Part shown: in pieces, positions 48,900-59,028 of the stretch
How the letters are laid out: every line of letters starts with the position of its first letter
Numbering within the stretch: the stretch's first letter is position 1
NCBI GenBank assembly: GCA_958296135.2
Contig: CATQHZ020000001.1
Span: 4,448,001 to 4,512,000, forward strand
DNA length: 64,000 bases
Origin: an uncultured Poribacteria bacterium
GTDB lineage: Bacteria; Poribacteria; WGA-4E; WGA-3G
Direction of reading: 5' to 3'
Made by a program: the position numbers and the translations under genes
The notes under the pieces: generated by a model
Seen by the model: only the letters and a program-made list of their open reading frames with translations
What the model was told of the DNA's origin: nothing
The model's database searches: none

Positions 48900-48969
48900 A
48901 TTTTACAAAAAACGCGACAATTTGTCAAGAAAAAAAATATTTGACCTGGGGATGCGAATTTGGTATAAT
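48900..48969. promoter_or_regulatory. Back-to-back divergent sigma70 promoters
   Basis: Minus TTGACA-17-TAAAAT (48928-48900); plus TTGACC-17-TATAAT (48941-48969). Confidence 0.65.
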
Positions 48970-49070
48970 ATTTTTGCTGTAGTTTTAAAACTTACGTGAA
49001 GCCGATAGGCGCGTGATGCGAAGTCACACGTTTCAAAGGATAATGTAGCGAACAGACGCAAAAACGAAAA

Positions 49071-49655
49071 ATGCCGCAAACCCAGAATAAACCCATTGCT
49101 GTTGTCGCCTTGTGCGGAAGCCTGCGGGAAGGCAGCTCCACGCACGCTGCCCTTCGTATCGCCCTTTCCGGTGCCGAAGAGGTGGGCGCGGCAGTTGAAT
49201 TGCTTGAGCTCGGGGCGTATCAACTCGTCTTCCAAGGTTCTGTCTCAAACGAGGCAGACTATCCGCCGGATGTTTTCGCGCTCCGCGAAAAGGTGAAGCG
49301 CGCCGATGGAATACTCCTCGGCTCGCCGGAATATCACGGCAGTTTCAGCGGCGTGCTTAAAAGCGCGCTGGACCTGATGGGATTCGCTGAATTTGAGGAC
49401 AAGGTTATCGGGCTCGTCGGTGTCTCCGGGGGACGGATGGGCGCGGCGAACGCGCTGTCTATGTTGCGGATAGTCGGCACCGCTTTGCGCGCCTGGGTAG
49501 TGCCGAACGATGTCTCCATCCCGCGTTCGTCTGAGGCGTTTGATGCGCACGGCAACTTGCACGATGCCGAACTCGCGGCGCGCGTCAAATCTGTCGGCAG
49601 GGATGTCGCATTGTTCGCTGCCATGCACAACCAAACCCCGGAACAGAAAACATGA
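49071..49655 (+). CDS. NADPH-dependent FMN reductase
   Basis: GSLREGS, ADGILLGSPEYHGSFSGVLKSALD. Confidence 0.9.
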   Translation: MPQTQNKPIAVVALCGSLREGSSTHAALRIALSGAEEVGAAVELLELGAYQLVFQGSVSNEADYPPDVFALREKVKRADGILLGSPEYHGSFSGVLKSALDLMGFAEFEDKVIGLVGVSGGRMGAANALSMLRIVGTALRAWVVPNDVSIPRSSEAFDAHGNLHDAELAARVKSVGRDVALFAAMHNQTPEQKT

Positions 49656-50344
49656 GCACAATACACAACTGGGAGACATGGCTCGGCACAGACGAGGCAG
49701 GAAAAGGCGATTACTTCGGCCCGCTTGTTGTCGCAGGCGTTTATGTGAACGCTGAACTCCGCGAGGTATTTGCAGAACTAGGGATTGCAGACGGGAAAAC
49801 ACTCACGAACCGGCGCATCCGGCAACTTGCAGAATCGATGCGCAGCGGCTACGCGGAGGCCATCGCTGTCGTGGAAAAAATGCCCGCCGAATACAACGCG
49901 CTTTATGGCGATTTTCGCCGACGCGGGAAAAACCTAAACCATCTGCTCGGCGCGCTCCACGCCGAAGTCATCGAAACGTCGCACGTCCGATTGGGCGAGC
50001 AACATGTCTGTGTTGACCGGTTTTCCAACGCGGATGTCATCACACCGCAGATAGGCATCACCATTCGGCGCAACTTGCTGATAAAGCAGGTAACAAAGGC
50101 AGAAAGAGACATCGCTGTCGCCGCGGCATCCGTCATTGCCCGGGATGCGTTTCTGTCAGGCATGGAGACGTTGTCTGAAAAATATGATTTTCAGTTACCG
50201 CGCGGTTCATATCAGGTTACGGAAGCCGGCAAAGAATTTGTCGCGTTGCATGGGGCGGAAGCACTAGGCGATGTGGCGAAACTCCATTTTAGTTTAACGG
50301 ATGCTGTCCTCGCGCCGAAGTTATTTCGTTTTCCTGCCTTGTAG
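49652..50344 (+). CDS. rnhC: Ribonuclease HIII-like protein (catalytic domain only)
   Basis: GTDEAGKGDYFGPLVV, YN.LY..NLN.LL..H, VAAASVIAR, AKLHF. Confidence 0.8.
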   Translation: MSTIHNWETWLGTDEAGKGDYFGPLVVAGVYVNAELREVFAELGIADGKTLTNRRIRQLAESMRSGYAEAIAVVEKMPAEYNALYGDFRRRGKNLNHLLGALHAEVIETSHVRLGEQHVCVDRFSNADVITPQIGITIRRNLLIKQVTKAERDIAVAAASVIARDAFLSGMETLSEKYDFQLPRGSYQVTEAGKEFVALHGAEALGDVAKLHFSLTDAVLAPKLFRFPAL

Positions 50345-50573
50345 ACAGAATAACTAAATGCCCCCGTGCAAAAACCTAGTGGCAGGAATACCAGGAGACA
50401 CACCGATGACAAAAATGGGAGACTGGCGCGAATTTTTAATCAAAGCACTAGGAGAAAACTTAGCAGGTATGGAATGCGTCACCGAAACCGAGGTGGCGCG
50501 CATGGAAAATGTGGCATAAGGAGGACTTGCGCGAATTTCAGCATGTCCTCTACGCCGCGAACATACAAAAATC

Positions 50574-51743
50574 ATGAAAGAACTCTTTACGATTCATTAC
50601 GCCGAAGTCGGCCTGAAAGGGAAAAATCGGGCGTTTTTTGAGAGACGGCTCGCGCAAAACATCAAGCAATCGCTGCGCGGCACCGGATACGCCTTAGTCA
50701 AACGGCTCCACGACAGGATTCAGGTGCAGTTGGAGCCGCACGCCGACATCGCCGACATCAAGAAACGCCTTAGCCGGGTGATGGGCATCGCACATTTTGA
50801 ACTCGTCTGCCGCACCGAGAAGAACATGGCGGCGATTAAGGAGACAGCCCTGCGGCACACCGAGGGCAAAACGTTTCAGACGCTGAAAGTGGAGACAAAA
50901 CGTTCGGATAAAACCTTTCCGCTGCTCTCCCCGCAAATTAGTGCCGAGGTAGGCGCGTATCTTATCCAACACACCGGCGCGCGCGCCGATATGCACACCC
51001 CAGAACTGCTCTGTCGCATCGAAGTCTCCCAAAACGCCGCCTATATTTACACGGAGAAATTGCCGGGCATCGGCGGGCTGCCTGTCGGCGTGAGTGGCAA
51101 GGTGCTGGTGATGCTCTCCGGCGGCATCGATTCGCCTGTCGCCGCGTGGCGACTGATAAAACGCGGCGCGAAAGCCGTTTTCATTCACTTTTACAGCTAC
51201 CCCTACACTGACAAAGCCTCTCTGGAAAAGGTGATGGAGTTGAGTCATATCTTGGCTGAATCGAACTATCGGAGTGCCCTTTATCTCGTTCCGTTCGCCG
51301 ATGTGCAACAAGCCATCGTGGCAGGAACGCCCGCACCGTTTCGGGTGCTGCTGTATCGGCGATTGATGACGCGGATTGCCGAACGCGTTGCGGCCCTCGT
51401 CGATGCGGAGGCGATTGTCACGGGTGAAAGCCTCGCGCAGGTTGCATCGCAGACGTTAACGAACCTGCGCGCAATTGAAGCCATCGCCGACATCCCGATT
51501 CTGCGTCCGCTCATCGGCGATGACAAAGCGGAGATTATCGCACAAGCGGAGCAGATAGGCACGTTTGCGGTATCCACGCTGCCGCATCAAGATTGCTGTT
51601 CGCTTTTCGTCCCAAAGCATCCTGCGACGCGCGCCACCGCCGCCGATTTAGAACGCGCCGAGGCGGGTTTGGACATCGAGGCATTGGTAAAAAGCGCGAT
51701 GGAGGGGATTGAGAAGCGGGTGGTGAATTTCCCGTATGAATAG
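50574..51743 (+). CDS. thiI: tRNA 4-thiouridine synthase
   Basis: EVGLKGKNR, THUMP domain, GGLPVG, LSGGIDSPVA, TGESLAQVASQT, RPL, DCC. Confidence 0.95.
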   Translation: MKELFTIHYAEVGLKGKNRAFFERRLAQNIKQSLRGTGYALVKRLHDRIQVQLEPHADIADIKKRLSRVMGIAHFELVCRTEKNMAAIKETALRHTEGKTFQTLKVETKRSDKTFPLLSPQISAEVGAYLIQHTGARADMHTPELLCRIEVSQNAAYIYTEKLPGIGGLPVGVSGKVLVMLSGGIDSPVAAWRLIKRGAKAVFIHFYSYPYTDKASLEKVMELSHILAESNYRSALYLVPFADVQQAIVAGTPAPFRVLLYRRLMTRIAERVAALVDAEAIVTGESLAQVASQTLTNLRAIEAIADIPILRPLIGDDKAEIIAQAEQIGTFAVSTLPHQDCCSLFVPKHPATRATAADLERAEAGLDIEALVKSAMEGIEKRVVNFPYE

Positions 51744-51909
51744 AGGACCCTCTTTACAAAAGGTTATCCACTGAGACAAAAAATTTAACTTTTTCCTTGC
51801 CTTTTTTCTTAGGATATGATAAACTTTAGTTAATTGGCAACAAGCGTGCGCGGCTGTACGTATTTTCTGTTGCGCCTATACAATATTGCTAAGCCCTCGG
51901 AGATAAGGT

Positions 51910-53910
51910 ATGAAGGTAAACATCTCACAATTGAGATCCGCTGACCTCGGTGCAGTGGACACGTTAATGAAGCGTTACAGTCAGACGCTCGGTTTTCTGC
52001 CCGGGCAAGCACTGCAAAGTTACCTTGAAAAAGGAACTGTGTTAGGAGCGACTACCGATGCAGGTGAACTCGTGGGTTACCTTCTCTACGCCGCCTATCC
52101 AAACTACTTCCGGATTACGCATCTCTGTGTATCGGAAGAATACCGAGGGAAAGGTATCGCGAAGCATCTCGTCGATGCATTAAAGATGGCTGCCGACACC
52201 CAAAAGGTTATCAAACTTCATTGCCGTCGTGATTTTCCGGCGAATGATTTGTGGCCCAAATTGGGGTTTGTCGCCATAGACGAGAAGCCTGGCAGATCCA
52301 GGGCCGGACACCGTCTGACAGTCTGGCATTTTCGGCTCGCTCCAGACGACCAGATGGAACTTTTTCAGGCTGCAACGTCTGATGATACTCTTGACATTGT
52401 CATTGATGCCCAAATCTTCTTCGATTTTGATGAGCCGGATAGCGATAAAACTCAGCCATCTAAGGCACTGCTGTCCGACTTCTTAGTTGATTCACTTAAC
52501 CTCTGGATTACGGATGAGCTGCTGAATGAAATCAATAGGCAGGAAGATCGCGAAAAGCGCGAAAACTCGCGGCGCAGCGCTCATAATTTTCCCAAAGTAG
52601 AGTCTGTGCCACACCTCATCGAAGAATTTGATAACCGGTTAAGGGACTTTCTTCCAAAGCGCAGGGCAAGCCAAGAGTCTGATATTAGACAATTAGCGCG
52701 GGCCGCCGCTTCTCGGATCAAAACCTTTGTCACCAAAGACCATGCGCTTTTGGAAGAGGCAGAGAAAATCGCGGAGTTGACCGGGCTTGAGGTAATCAAT
52801 CCAGTGGACTTAATCGTTCGACTTCACGAGTTGGCTAAAAGGCAATCCTACGCACCGGATTATATTGCAGGTTTTAACCTTCGTTGGACTCGCTTGGCCT
52901 CTAACGATCTCACCTCTCTTTCTTTTAATCCTTTTCTTCTCCTACAGGAGACGAGTGGTAAATTCAGAGAAAAATTGGAATCCTTAGTTGCGCAAGTCGA
53001 TTGTTACGAATGCGAACTTCTCCGGTCCGGGGATGAGGTTATCGCCATCCGAGTCCTCACAGTAGGTGCCAATAAGACGCTCATGTCTCCCTTGGCGAGA
53101 GTTGCACATTCTGCAGACCGGACGCTATTCGGCCGTTTTTTAATAGTCGACACAGTTTCCAAAGCGGTGGAAAAGAATCAGGACATGGTGGCATTTGAAA
53201 CTACTGAGCTCACTCCCAGCTTAATGCCATACTTGCTAGAGATGGGATTTATCGCCGGTAACAGCAGTTTCGTGAGGTTCTGCTTCTCGCGTCGTTTGCG
53301 CCGCACAGAAGTCTTGGCCGAGATCTCTGCGCTGTGCCCGGAAGCTGCACGCAAGTATCAGGACATGTCAGAGCTTGACCTTGAGCGTTGCTGCTCTCCC
53401 CTTGTTTTGAATCCGCCAGAGCAAGAATGCTTTCTGGTACCCATTCGTCCGTTCTACGCGACTGGACTGATTGACAGACATCAGTCAGGGAGAGAACTTT
53501 TTGGCGGCAACCCCAATGTCCTACTGCGCTGGGATAATGTGTATTATCGAGCCGCAAATCGTCACAGGATGCTTAAACCCCCTGCCCGAATTCTATGGTA
53601 CGTCAGCAGTCCGAGGCAACAAATCATTGCCGTGTCCGGTCTGGACGATGTCTTAATTGATACCGCTAAGGAGCTTTTCAGGCAATTCCGAAAATTTGGA
53701 ATCTTGAGATGGAGAGACCTCTACGAAATGTGCGCTCGGGATCCGTCAAGAAACCTCATGGCGTTGAAATTTTCGCACACGTTCCTGTTTCGGAAACCGA
53801 TTTCATTGGCCGTGATGAGAGAGGTAGGCATCTTGCATCCACAAGGGCCTTTGAAAATCTCGCCAGAAATCTTTCGCGAACTCTTTCAGAGAGGATATCC
53901 AAACCAATGA
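51910..53910 (+). CDS. Multidomain GNAT acetyltransferase-PIN nuclease-(degenerate GNAT)-ASCH/PUA-like protein
   Basis: HLCVSEEYRGKGIA (GNAT motif A), WPKLGF; IVIDAQ..ITDELLNE..SDIRQLA..FVTKD (PIN acidic residues); FLVPIRP..VYYR..RILWYVSSP (ASCH/EVE-like). Confidence 0.78.
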   Translation: MKVNISQLRSADLGAVDTLMKRYSQTLGFLPGQALQSYLEKGTVLGATTDAGELVGYLLYAAYPNYFRITHLCVSEEYRGKGIAKHLVDALKMAADTQKVIKLHCRRDFPANDLWPKLGFVAIDEKPGRSRAGHRLTVWHFRLAPDDQMELFQAATSDDTLDIVIDAQIFFDFDEPDSDKTQPSKALLSDFLVDSLNLWITDELLNEINRQEDREKRENSRRSAHNFPKVESVPHLIEEFDNRLRDFLPKRRASQESDIRQLARAAASRIKTFVTKDHALLEEAEKIAELTGLEVINPVDLIVRLHELAKRQSYAPDYIAGFNLRWTRLASNDLTSLSFNPFLLLQETSGKFREKLESLVAQVDCYECELLRSGDEVIAIRVLTVGANKTLMSPLARVAHSADRTLFGRFLIVDTVSKAVEKNQDMVAFETTELTPSLMPYLLEMGFIAGNSSFVRFCFSRRLRRTEVLAEISALCPEAARKYQDMSELDLERCCSPLVLNPPEQECFLVPIRPFYATGLIDRHQSGRELFGGNPNVLLRWDNVYYRAANRHRMLKPPARILWYVSSPRQQIIAVSGLDDVLIDTAKELFRQFRKFGILRWRDLYEMCARDPSRNLMALKFSHTFLFRKPISLAVMREVGILHPQGPLKISPEIFRELFQRGYPNQ

Positions 53911-54428
53911 CGAAAGCAACAATGCAACCCTTGCTTCTCGCCTTGAAGCCCTGTTACGCAGATATGGTTTTTGAAGGGCTCAAAACCGTTGAACTTCGAC
54001 GGCGGATCGCTTATGATATGGAAAATCGCGACGTGTTCATCTACGTTTCTAGCCCCACTATGGCACTGCGCGGCGGGTTCCACGTTGGCCACGTCTGGCA
54101 AGATTCTCCGGAAGCAGTATGGGACATAGTGTGCGATCTCGCTCAGGTGGAGAAGCGGGATTTCGACATCTATTTTGAGGGCAAAACTGTCGCCTGTGCC
54201 TTTGAAATCAGAGAGGTTTGGGAATATGAAAACCCAGTCAATCTCCACACGTTGAGGGACCAATTCCCAAACTTCGTTGTCCCGCAGTCATGGCGTTACG
54301 TCCGCGATGATGAGCACCTGTTTTTCAAGTTTTTCCGGACAACGCGTCCGAAACCAACAAAAGTCTCCCATATTGAGAAACGGCAAGGGCGAGTCCAACC
54401 GTTGCATCCTCAACACGCCTCCCTTTGA
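53907..54428 (+). CDS. ASCH domain protein
   Basis: LALKPCYADMVFEGLKTVELRRR (GxKxxExR), FIYVSSP, PQSWRY; ATGA overlap with the upstream gene. Confidence 0.85.
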   Translation: MTKATMQPLLLALKPCYADMVFEGLKTVELRRRIAYDMENRDVFIYVSSPTMALRGGFHVGHVWQDSPEAVWDIVCDLAQVEKRDFDIYFEGKTVACAFEIREVWEYENPVNLHTLRDQFPNFVVPQSWRYVRDDEHLFFKFFRTTRPKPTKVSHIEKRQGRVQPLHPQHASL

Positions 54429-54444
54429 GGCGAGCAACCTGACT

Positions 54445-55545
54445 ATGGCGCGAATAAAAAAATGCAAAAAAATCTTGCTTATTCGGCTCAGTTCACTCGG
54501 CGATGTTGTGCTGACGACACCGGCCATCCGCGCGGTGCGCGCGCATTTCCCAAACGCGCATATCGCTATGCTCGTCGCGAAGCAATCCGCCGAGGTCCTT
54601 CGCGAAAATCCGCACCTCAATGAGATTCTTCGGTTTGATAGACTCGCCCCAGACAAGGATATTGGCGAGATGTGGCGGGTTATCCGCACGCTACGCGAAC
54701 GGAAATTCTCGCTGACGATTGACTTCCAAGGGAAATTTCGGACGAAGGTGTTAGCGTACCTCAGCGGTGCCGCCGAGCGTGTCGGGCGAGGAAGATTATG
54801 CACTGTCCGTGTCCCACAAGACAAATCGCAACCGGGAGAGCGCGCATCCAGAAAACACGCAACGGAGCAAAACCTCGCCTTGCTACATGCAATCGGCATT
54901 CCGGCCGAAGATCGGACGTTGGAGATGTTTCTCGCTGAATCTGAACGCGAAGAAGCAACCAAGCGGTTTGACGCAGCAGGCATCCCCAGTAGCAAGCAAC
55001 GCCACGTCCCGATAGTCGGCCTGTTTCCCGGTGCAGGGTGGAAGTTGCGGGAATGGATGCCGGAACGGTTCGCCGCCATCGGAGATAAACTCGTGCGGCA
55101 CTTCAACGCGCATGTGCTGATTTTCGGGGGCCCACAGGAAGTTGAATTGGTAGCCAAGGTCGCCGGACTGATGCACGCGTCCGCTGTGCCGTTCGCTGGC
55201 AATCTGCAGATTCGGCAGCTTGCAGCATGCCTTGAAAAATGCAGCCTCTTCCTCACCAACGATACCGGACCGATGCACATCGCCGCGGCGGTGGGAACCC
55301 CTACCGTTGCGCTGTTCGGTCCCGGCAATCACCATCGGTTTCAGCCGCTCGGCGTTTTGCACCAGACACTCCGTCACGATGTACCGTGTAGTCCGTGTAA
55401 GCAGTTCACGGATAAGTGTCAAGATAACGTCTGTATGAAACGGATTCGCGTTGATGAGGTGTGGGAAGCTGTAAGGGCGCGCTTACAACGCGTGCCTACA
55501 TTAACTGGCTCTTACCCACACGCCGCCTCAAAAACGCGGAGATGA
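54445..55545 (+). CDS. Glycosyltransferase family 9 (LPS heptosyltransferase-like)
   Basis: ILLIRLSSLGDVV, FPGAG...W, NDTGPMHIAAAVGTPTVALFGP. Confidence 0.9.
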   Translation: MARIKKCKKILLIRLSSLGDVVLTTPAIRAVRAHFPNAHIAMLVAKQSAEVLRENPHLNEILRFDRLAPDKDIGEMWRVIRTLRERKFSLTIDFQGKFRTKVLAYLSGAAERVGRGRLCTVRVPQDKSQPGERASRKHATEQNLALLHAIGIPAEDRTLEMFLAESEREEATKRFDAAGIPSSKQRHVPIVGLFPGAGWKLREWMPERFAAIGDKLVRHFNAHVLIFGGPQEVELVAKVAGLMHASAVPFAGNLQIRQLAACLEKCSLFLTNDTGPMHIAAAVGTPTVALFGPGNHHRFQPLGVLHQTLRHDVPCSPCKQFTDKCQDNVCMKRIRVDEVWEAVRARLQRVPTLTGSYPHAASKTRR

Positions 55546-56564
55546 TTTCCGCCGAGCACCTTCTGGATGTCTTCATCGGTATAGCCGCGCGCGCTTAACT
55601 CCGACGTGATTTTCGGGAAGTCTGTCGCATCCTTGAGGAGCTCACCGCCGCCATCAAAATCAGAACCGATGCCAACGTGGTCGATCCCGGCGATATCGAT
55701 CGCATACGCAAGGTGATTGATGAGCTGCGCAAACGGCGGTGTCTTCGTCCAGCCATCTGCCGTGATAAACCCCGGCACGAACGTGATACCCACCACGCCG
55801 CCGTTGGCTGCCAACGCCTTGAGTTGCTCGTTCGTCAAATTGCGGGAGTGGTGGCACAACGTCTCGCAATTGCTATGCGATGCGATGACCGGGCGTTCCG
55901 AGATATCCAGCACGTCCCAGAACCCGCGCTCGCTGATATGCGACACATCTACTAGCATGCCGAGCCGGTTCATCTCTCGCACCAAGTCCATCCCGAAGCG
56001 CGTCAAGCCGCCGCCCATATCACTCTCGCTGTTGCCAGCCGATGCCCACGTATTCGGGTTGTGCGTCAAACCGATAGAGCGCACGCCGAGCAGATAGAGT
56101 GAGTGCAGAATATTCAGGCTCCGTTCCACCGCCTCGCTGTTTTCAATGACAAGCACGGCGGCGAGCTTACCCTGCGCTTTCGCCGCCCGGATGTCGTCCG
56201 CTTTCCGAACGATGCAGATGTCGTCCGCATTTGCTTGCACCTCCGCCGTGAACCAGCCGAAAGCATCCAACGCGTAGGCGAGATGGTTCTTCCACGCCCG
56301 GGTCACGTCTACGGCAAAGAAGGCAGCATCAATGCCACCTTGCCGCATTTTCGGGATGTTGAGTTGGATGCCGAGTGCCGCCTCTTCCGGCGGCACCGGA
56401 CCGCGTAGATAGGCGATAGTGCCGGGATACTGCGCGGGGTCCTCGATATTTTCATCGGCAAGACTGATGTTGCCCCGGCGGATGTGCGCGACGATGGCAT
56501 CGTTATGCGAATCAATAACAAGGGATTGATGGTGCAACTCCAAGGCGCGGGTATCTGATGGCAT
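55512..56564 (-). CDS. Membrane dipeptidase (peptidase M19)
   Basis: IDSHND, LTHN, VDVSH, IASHSN, RNL, HVGIGSDFDG. Confidence 0.92.
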   Translation of the reverse strand: MPSDTRALELHHQSLVIDSHNDAIVAHIRRGNISLADENIEDPAQYPGTIAYLRGPVPPEEAALGIQLNIPKMRQGGIDAAFFAVDVTRAWKNHLAYALDAFGWFTAEVQANADDICIVRKADDIRAAKAQGKLAAVLVIENSEAVERSLNILHSLYLLGVRSIGLTHNPNTWASAGNSESDMGGGLTRFGMDLVREMNRLGMLVDVSHISERGFWDVLDISERPVIASHSNCETLCHHSRNLTNEQLKALAANGGVVGITFVPGFITADGWTKTPPFAQLINHLAYAIDIAGIDHVGIGSDFDGGGELLKDATDFPKITSELSARGYTDEDIQKVLGGNHLRVFEAACG

Positions 56565-56623
56565 TCTGATTGTTCTCCTTTTTTAATTCGGCTTACGCGG
56601 CACAATTTTGGCGCAAGGTCCGC

Positions 56624-57619
56624 TCAATCTAAGACTGTCTGTATCGTTCGTTCGGCGATTTCCGGCGTGATGCGCAACGTTGACGCAACGGTGTAGGGCA
56701 ATTGGTGCTGCGTGACATACGCCGACAAATGCGTGAGTGTCTCCGCAATCGCATCGGGAGAAACAGCAGTCGGACGGTAGTTAATCTGTAAGCACTCCAG
56801 CGCGTGCCGATACTGAAGCCACGGCTGCGATTGCAGCACAGCCATGAGTAAGATGCCTAACCCGACTAACTCGCCGTGCAAAACAGGCACTGTCAACCGG
56901 TTCTCCAATGCATAGGTGAAATAGTGCTCGCTTCCCTCTTCCAGCCGGCTGTGTCCACAGAGATTGCAGAGCTGCACCTCCATGCAGAGTAACTCAAAGA
57001 GGCACGTTAATCCCTCAGGTGTGCCGCTGCCAATGTCCCGCGCGTTGTCTAAAAGCGTCTGGAGGAGCGCGTCGCCGATGTCAACGGCTTGGCGCGTAAC
57101 TCGTTCGTCGGCACGGTTCTCCCCCAACTTTTCTGCCTCCTGCCACTCCCACATCGCCGTTGCGATGGAGAGGACATCCGCCGCCCCGCTCGCGCGCATG
57201 GATGCCGGCGCGTTGCACAAGACTTCCATGTCAACAATAACGGTGTCCGGCGTTTTTGTTGGCAGGTAGCGGACACACCCGGCTTCTCGCACGCCTGTTG
57301 CATCAGTGAGGAAAGCATCGGTTGAGAGAACGGTGGGCAGCGCGATGAGGGGTAAATTGTTCGCTGCGGCGACGAGCTTCGCGGTGTCTATCGCCAATCC
57401 GCCGCCGATGCCATAAACCACTTCGCCTTCACACGCCTCGGCGATGGCTTCCATATCGGCCTGCGTGTTGCCGTGAATAGAGATGCGCTGTCGCGGATTT
57501 ATTGAAATGGCCCTAGCGCACTCCCATGCCGGCTCCGTTGTCAAGACAATAGCCTCACTCGGGTCTTCTACCGTGGCGAAGGGACGTTTCTCAATACTCG
57601 GTAATCGTGAAATTTCCAT
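56624..57619 (-). CDS. Glycerol-1-phosphate dehydrogenase-like (EgsA/AraM; DHQS-ADH superfamily)
   Basis: GIGGGLAIDTAK, PTVLSTDA, SGAADVLS, EGSEHYF, LHGELVGLG. Confidence 0.75.
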   Translation of the reverse strand: MEISRLPSIEKRPFATVEDPSEAIVLTTEPAWECARAISINPRQRISIHGNTQADMEAIAEACEGEVVYGIGGGLAIDTAKLVAAANNLPLIALPTVLSTDAFLTDATGVREAGCVRYLPTKTPDTVIVDMEVLCNAPASMRASGAADVLSIATAMWEWQEAEKLGENRADERVTRQAVDIGDALLQTLLDNARDIGSGTPEGLTCLFELLCMEVQLCNLCGHSRLEEGSEHYFTYALENRLTVPVLHGELVGLGILLMAVLQSQPWLQYRHALECLQINYRPTAVSPDAIAETLTHLSAYVTQHQLPYTVASTLRITPEIAERTIQTVLD

Positions 57620-57709
57620 ATTTTCTGTATCGCTTGGACAGGTGTCAAACCCTATCCCATAGGCGCGGTTTGTCACCGCGCTTACCGGGGGATGCTTCCG
57701 TCTTGTGGC

Positions 57710-58840
57710 TCAGCCTGACATCAGATGCATCAAATCAACGTGGTAGATTTGCCGCGAGCCTTCATGCACCGAATCGAAGGTGACTGTCGTTCCATCGGGG
57801 GCCCAGCGCGGGTGCAAATCGCATCGGATATCGCCGGTAAACTGTTCTTCATGATGGAATTCGCCTAAGGGCATCTGCCTATTTTCGGCGATGTTGTAAA
57901 CCATCAGTGCCGCTAACCGTGCCTCGCCGCGTGGGTAGGTATCGCACAGTAGCCACTGCCTATCGGGTGAAAAAGAGGCGTGTCCATCACTCGGTAGCAC
58001 GCCGCGTCCAAACGGCGTGAAGTCGCGCGCGCCATCGGTAAATTCAACGAACCCCATCTCACCCGTAATGTCGGAGGATACGAGAATCCGCGTCGGCGTT
58101 CGCCAATCAAAGTGCGATACGCGGTATCCGAACGGAATCTGCATCTCCAACTCGGAACCGTCCGGGCGAACAGTCCAGAGGGAGGAGTAGAATCCTTTTT
58201 CGTGGCGGCATCGGCAGAAGAAGAGGATGCGCGTGCCATCCGTATTGAAAAGGACATGATTAAACCACGTCCTCCCTCCGACGAGGCGTTCATCGCCGCT
58301 CTTCTGGACAACCTCAGCGATGGTGAGGACAAGTCGCGCGCTTCCATCTTGCAGATTGAGGAGGTATAAGCCATCATCTTCAGGCTGTGCCACAATCTCA
58401 TCCGGGTTCATCTCATTGGCGTAGCCGACTACGGCGCGGCAGTGTGCCATCCGCGCATAGTTCAACCCGATAGCGAGCGGTGCAGTCGGTGAGATGGCGG
58501 CAATCGCGCCTTGAATCGTTCGGACTGCCCCGGTTTTCGGGTTCACCGCGCGGGATACGAGTGTGCCATTGTCCCAATCGTTAAACGTGAATTCCTCGCC
58601 TATCCAATGCAACATGCTACCCTGTTGGAGGTTGAAGGCGGTGGTGTTCGCATACGCGGCAAATTCGCGCGTTTCTCGGTGGAGGAGGCCGACAGCGGCG
58701 ACATCTTCCAGCACCGGGCGGTGGGTATGGAAACCCGTTTCAAGCGCGAGGTGATATGTGCCGGTGCTATCCCACGGGTTGATACCGTAATAGCCGAAGA
58801 AATGGTGTTTGGGAGTCGTGGATAATCTGTTAACTTTCAT
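57710..58840 (-). CDS. Beta-propeller protein, oligogalacturonate lyase/TolB-like
   Basis: HHFFGYY, NLQQG, WFNH..FN.DG, DGHASFSPD, RCDLHPRW.PDG. Confidence 0.65.
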   Translation of the reverse strand: MKVNRLSTTPKHHFFGYYGINPWDSTGTYHLALETGFHTHRPVLEDVAAVGLLHRETREFAAYANTTAFNLQQGSMLHWIGEEFTFNDWDNGTLVSRAVNPKTGAVRTIQGAIAAISPTAPLAIGLNYARMAHCRAVVGYANEMNPDEIVAQPEDDGLYLLNLQDGSARLVLTIAEVVQKSGDERLVGGRTWFNHVLFNTDGTRILFFCRCRHEKGFYSSLWTVRPDGSELEMQIPFGYRVSHFDWRTPTRILVSSDITGEMGFVEFTDGARDFTPFGRGVLPSDGHASFSPDRQWLLCDTYPRGEARLAALMVYNIAENRQMPLGEFHHEEQFTGDIRCDLHPRWAPDGTTVTFDSVHEGSRQIYHVDLMHLMSG

Positions 58841-59028
58841 CACTCTAAGGTTTTGAAACAAAAACCTGCTTGCATCGTTTTAAAGGGTAAGACTCGCGCG
58901 AAATCAGATGAACTCGCTGAACGCTGGAATCTCCGCCGAAGACACCGTAGTTTTCCGGCACTCTAATTTGACTTGACGCATAGGGTGAGGGGCTATCCCT
59001 CGCCATGCATGCAGCCACACAGGAAGAA

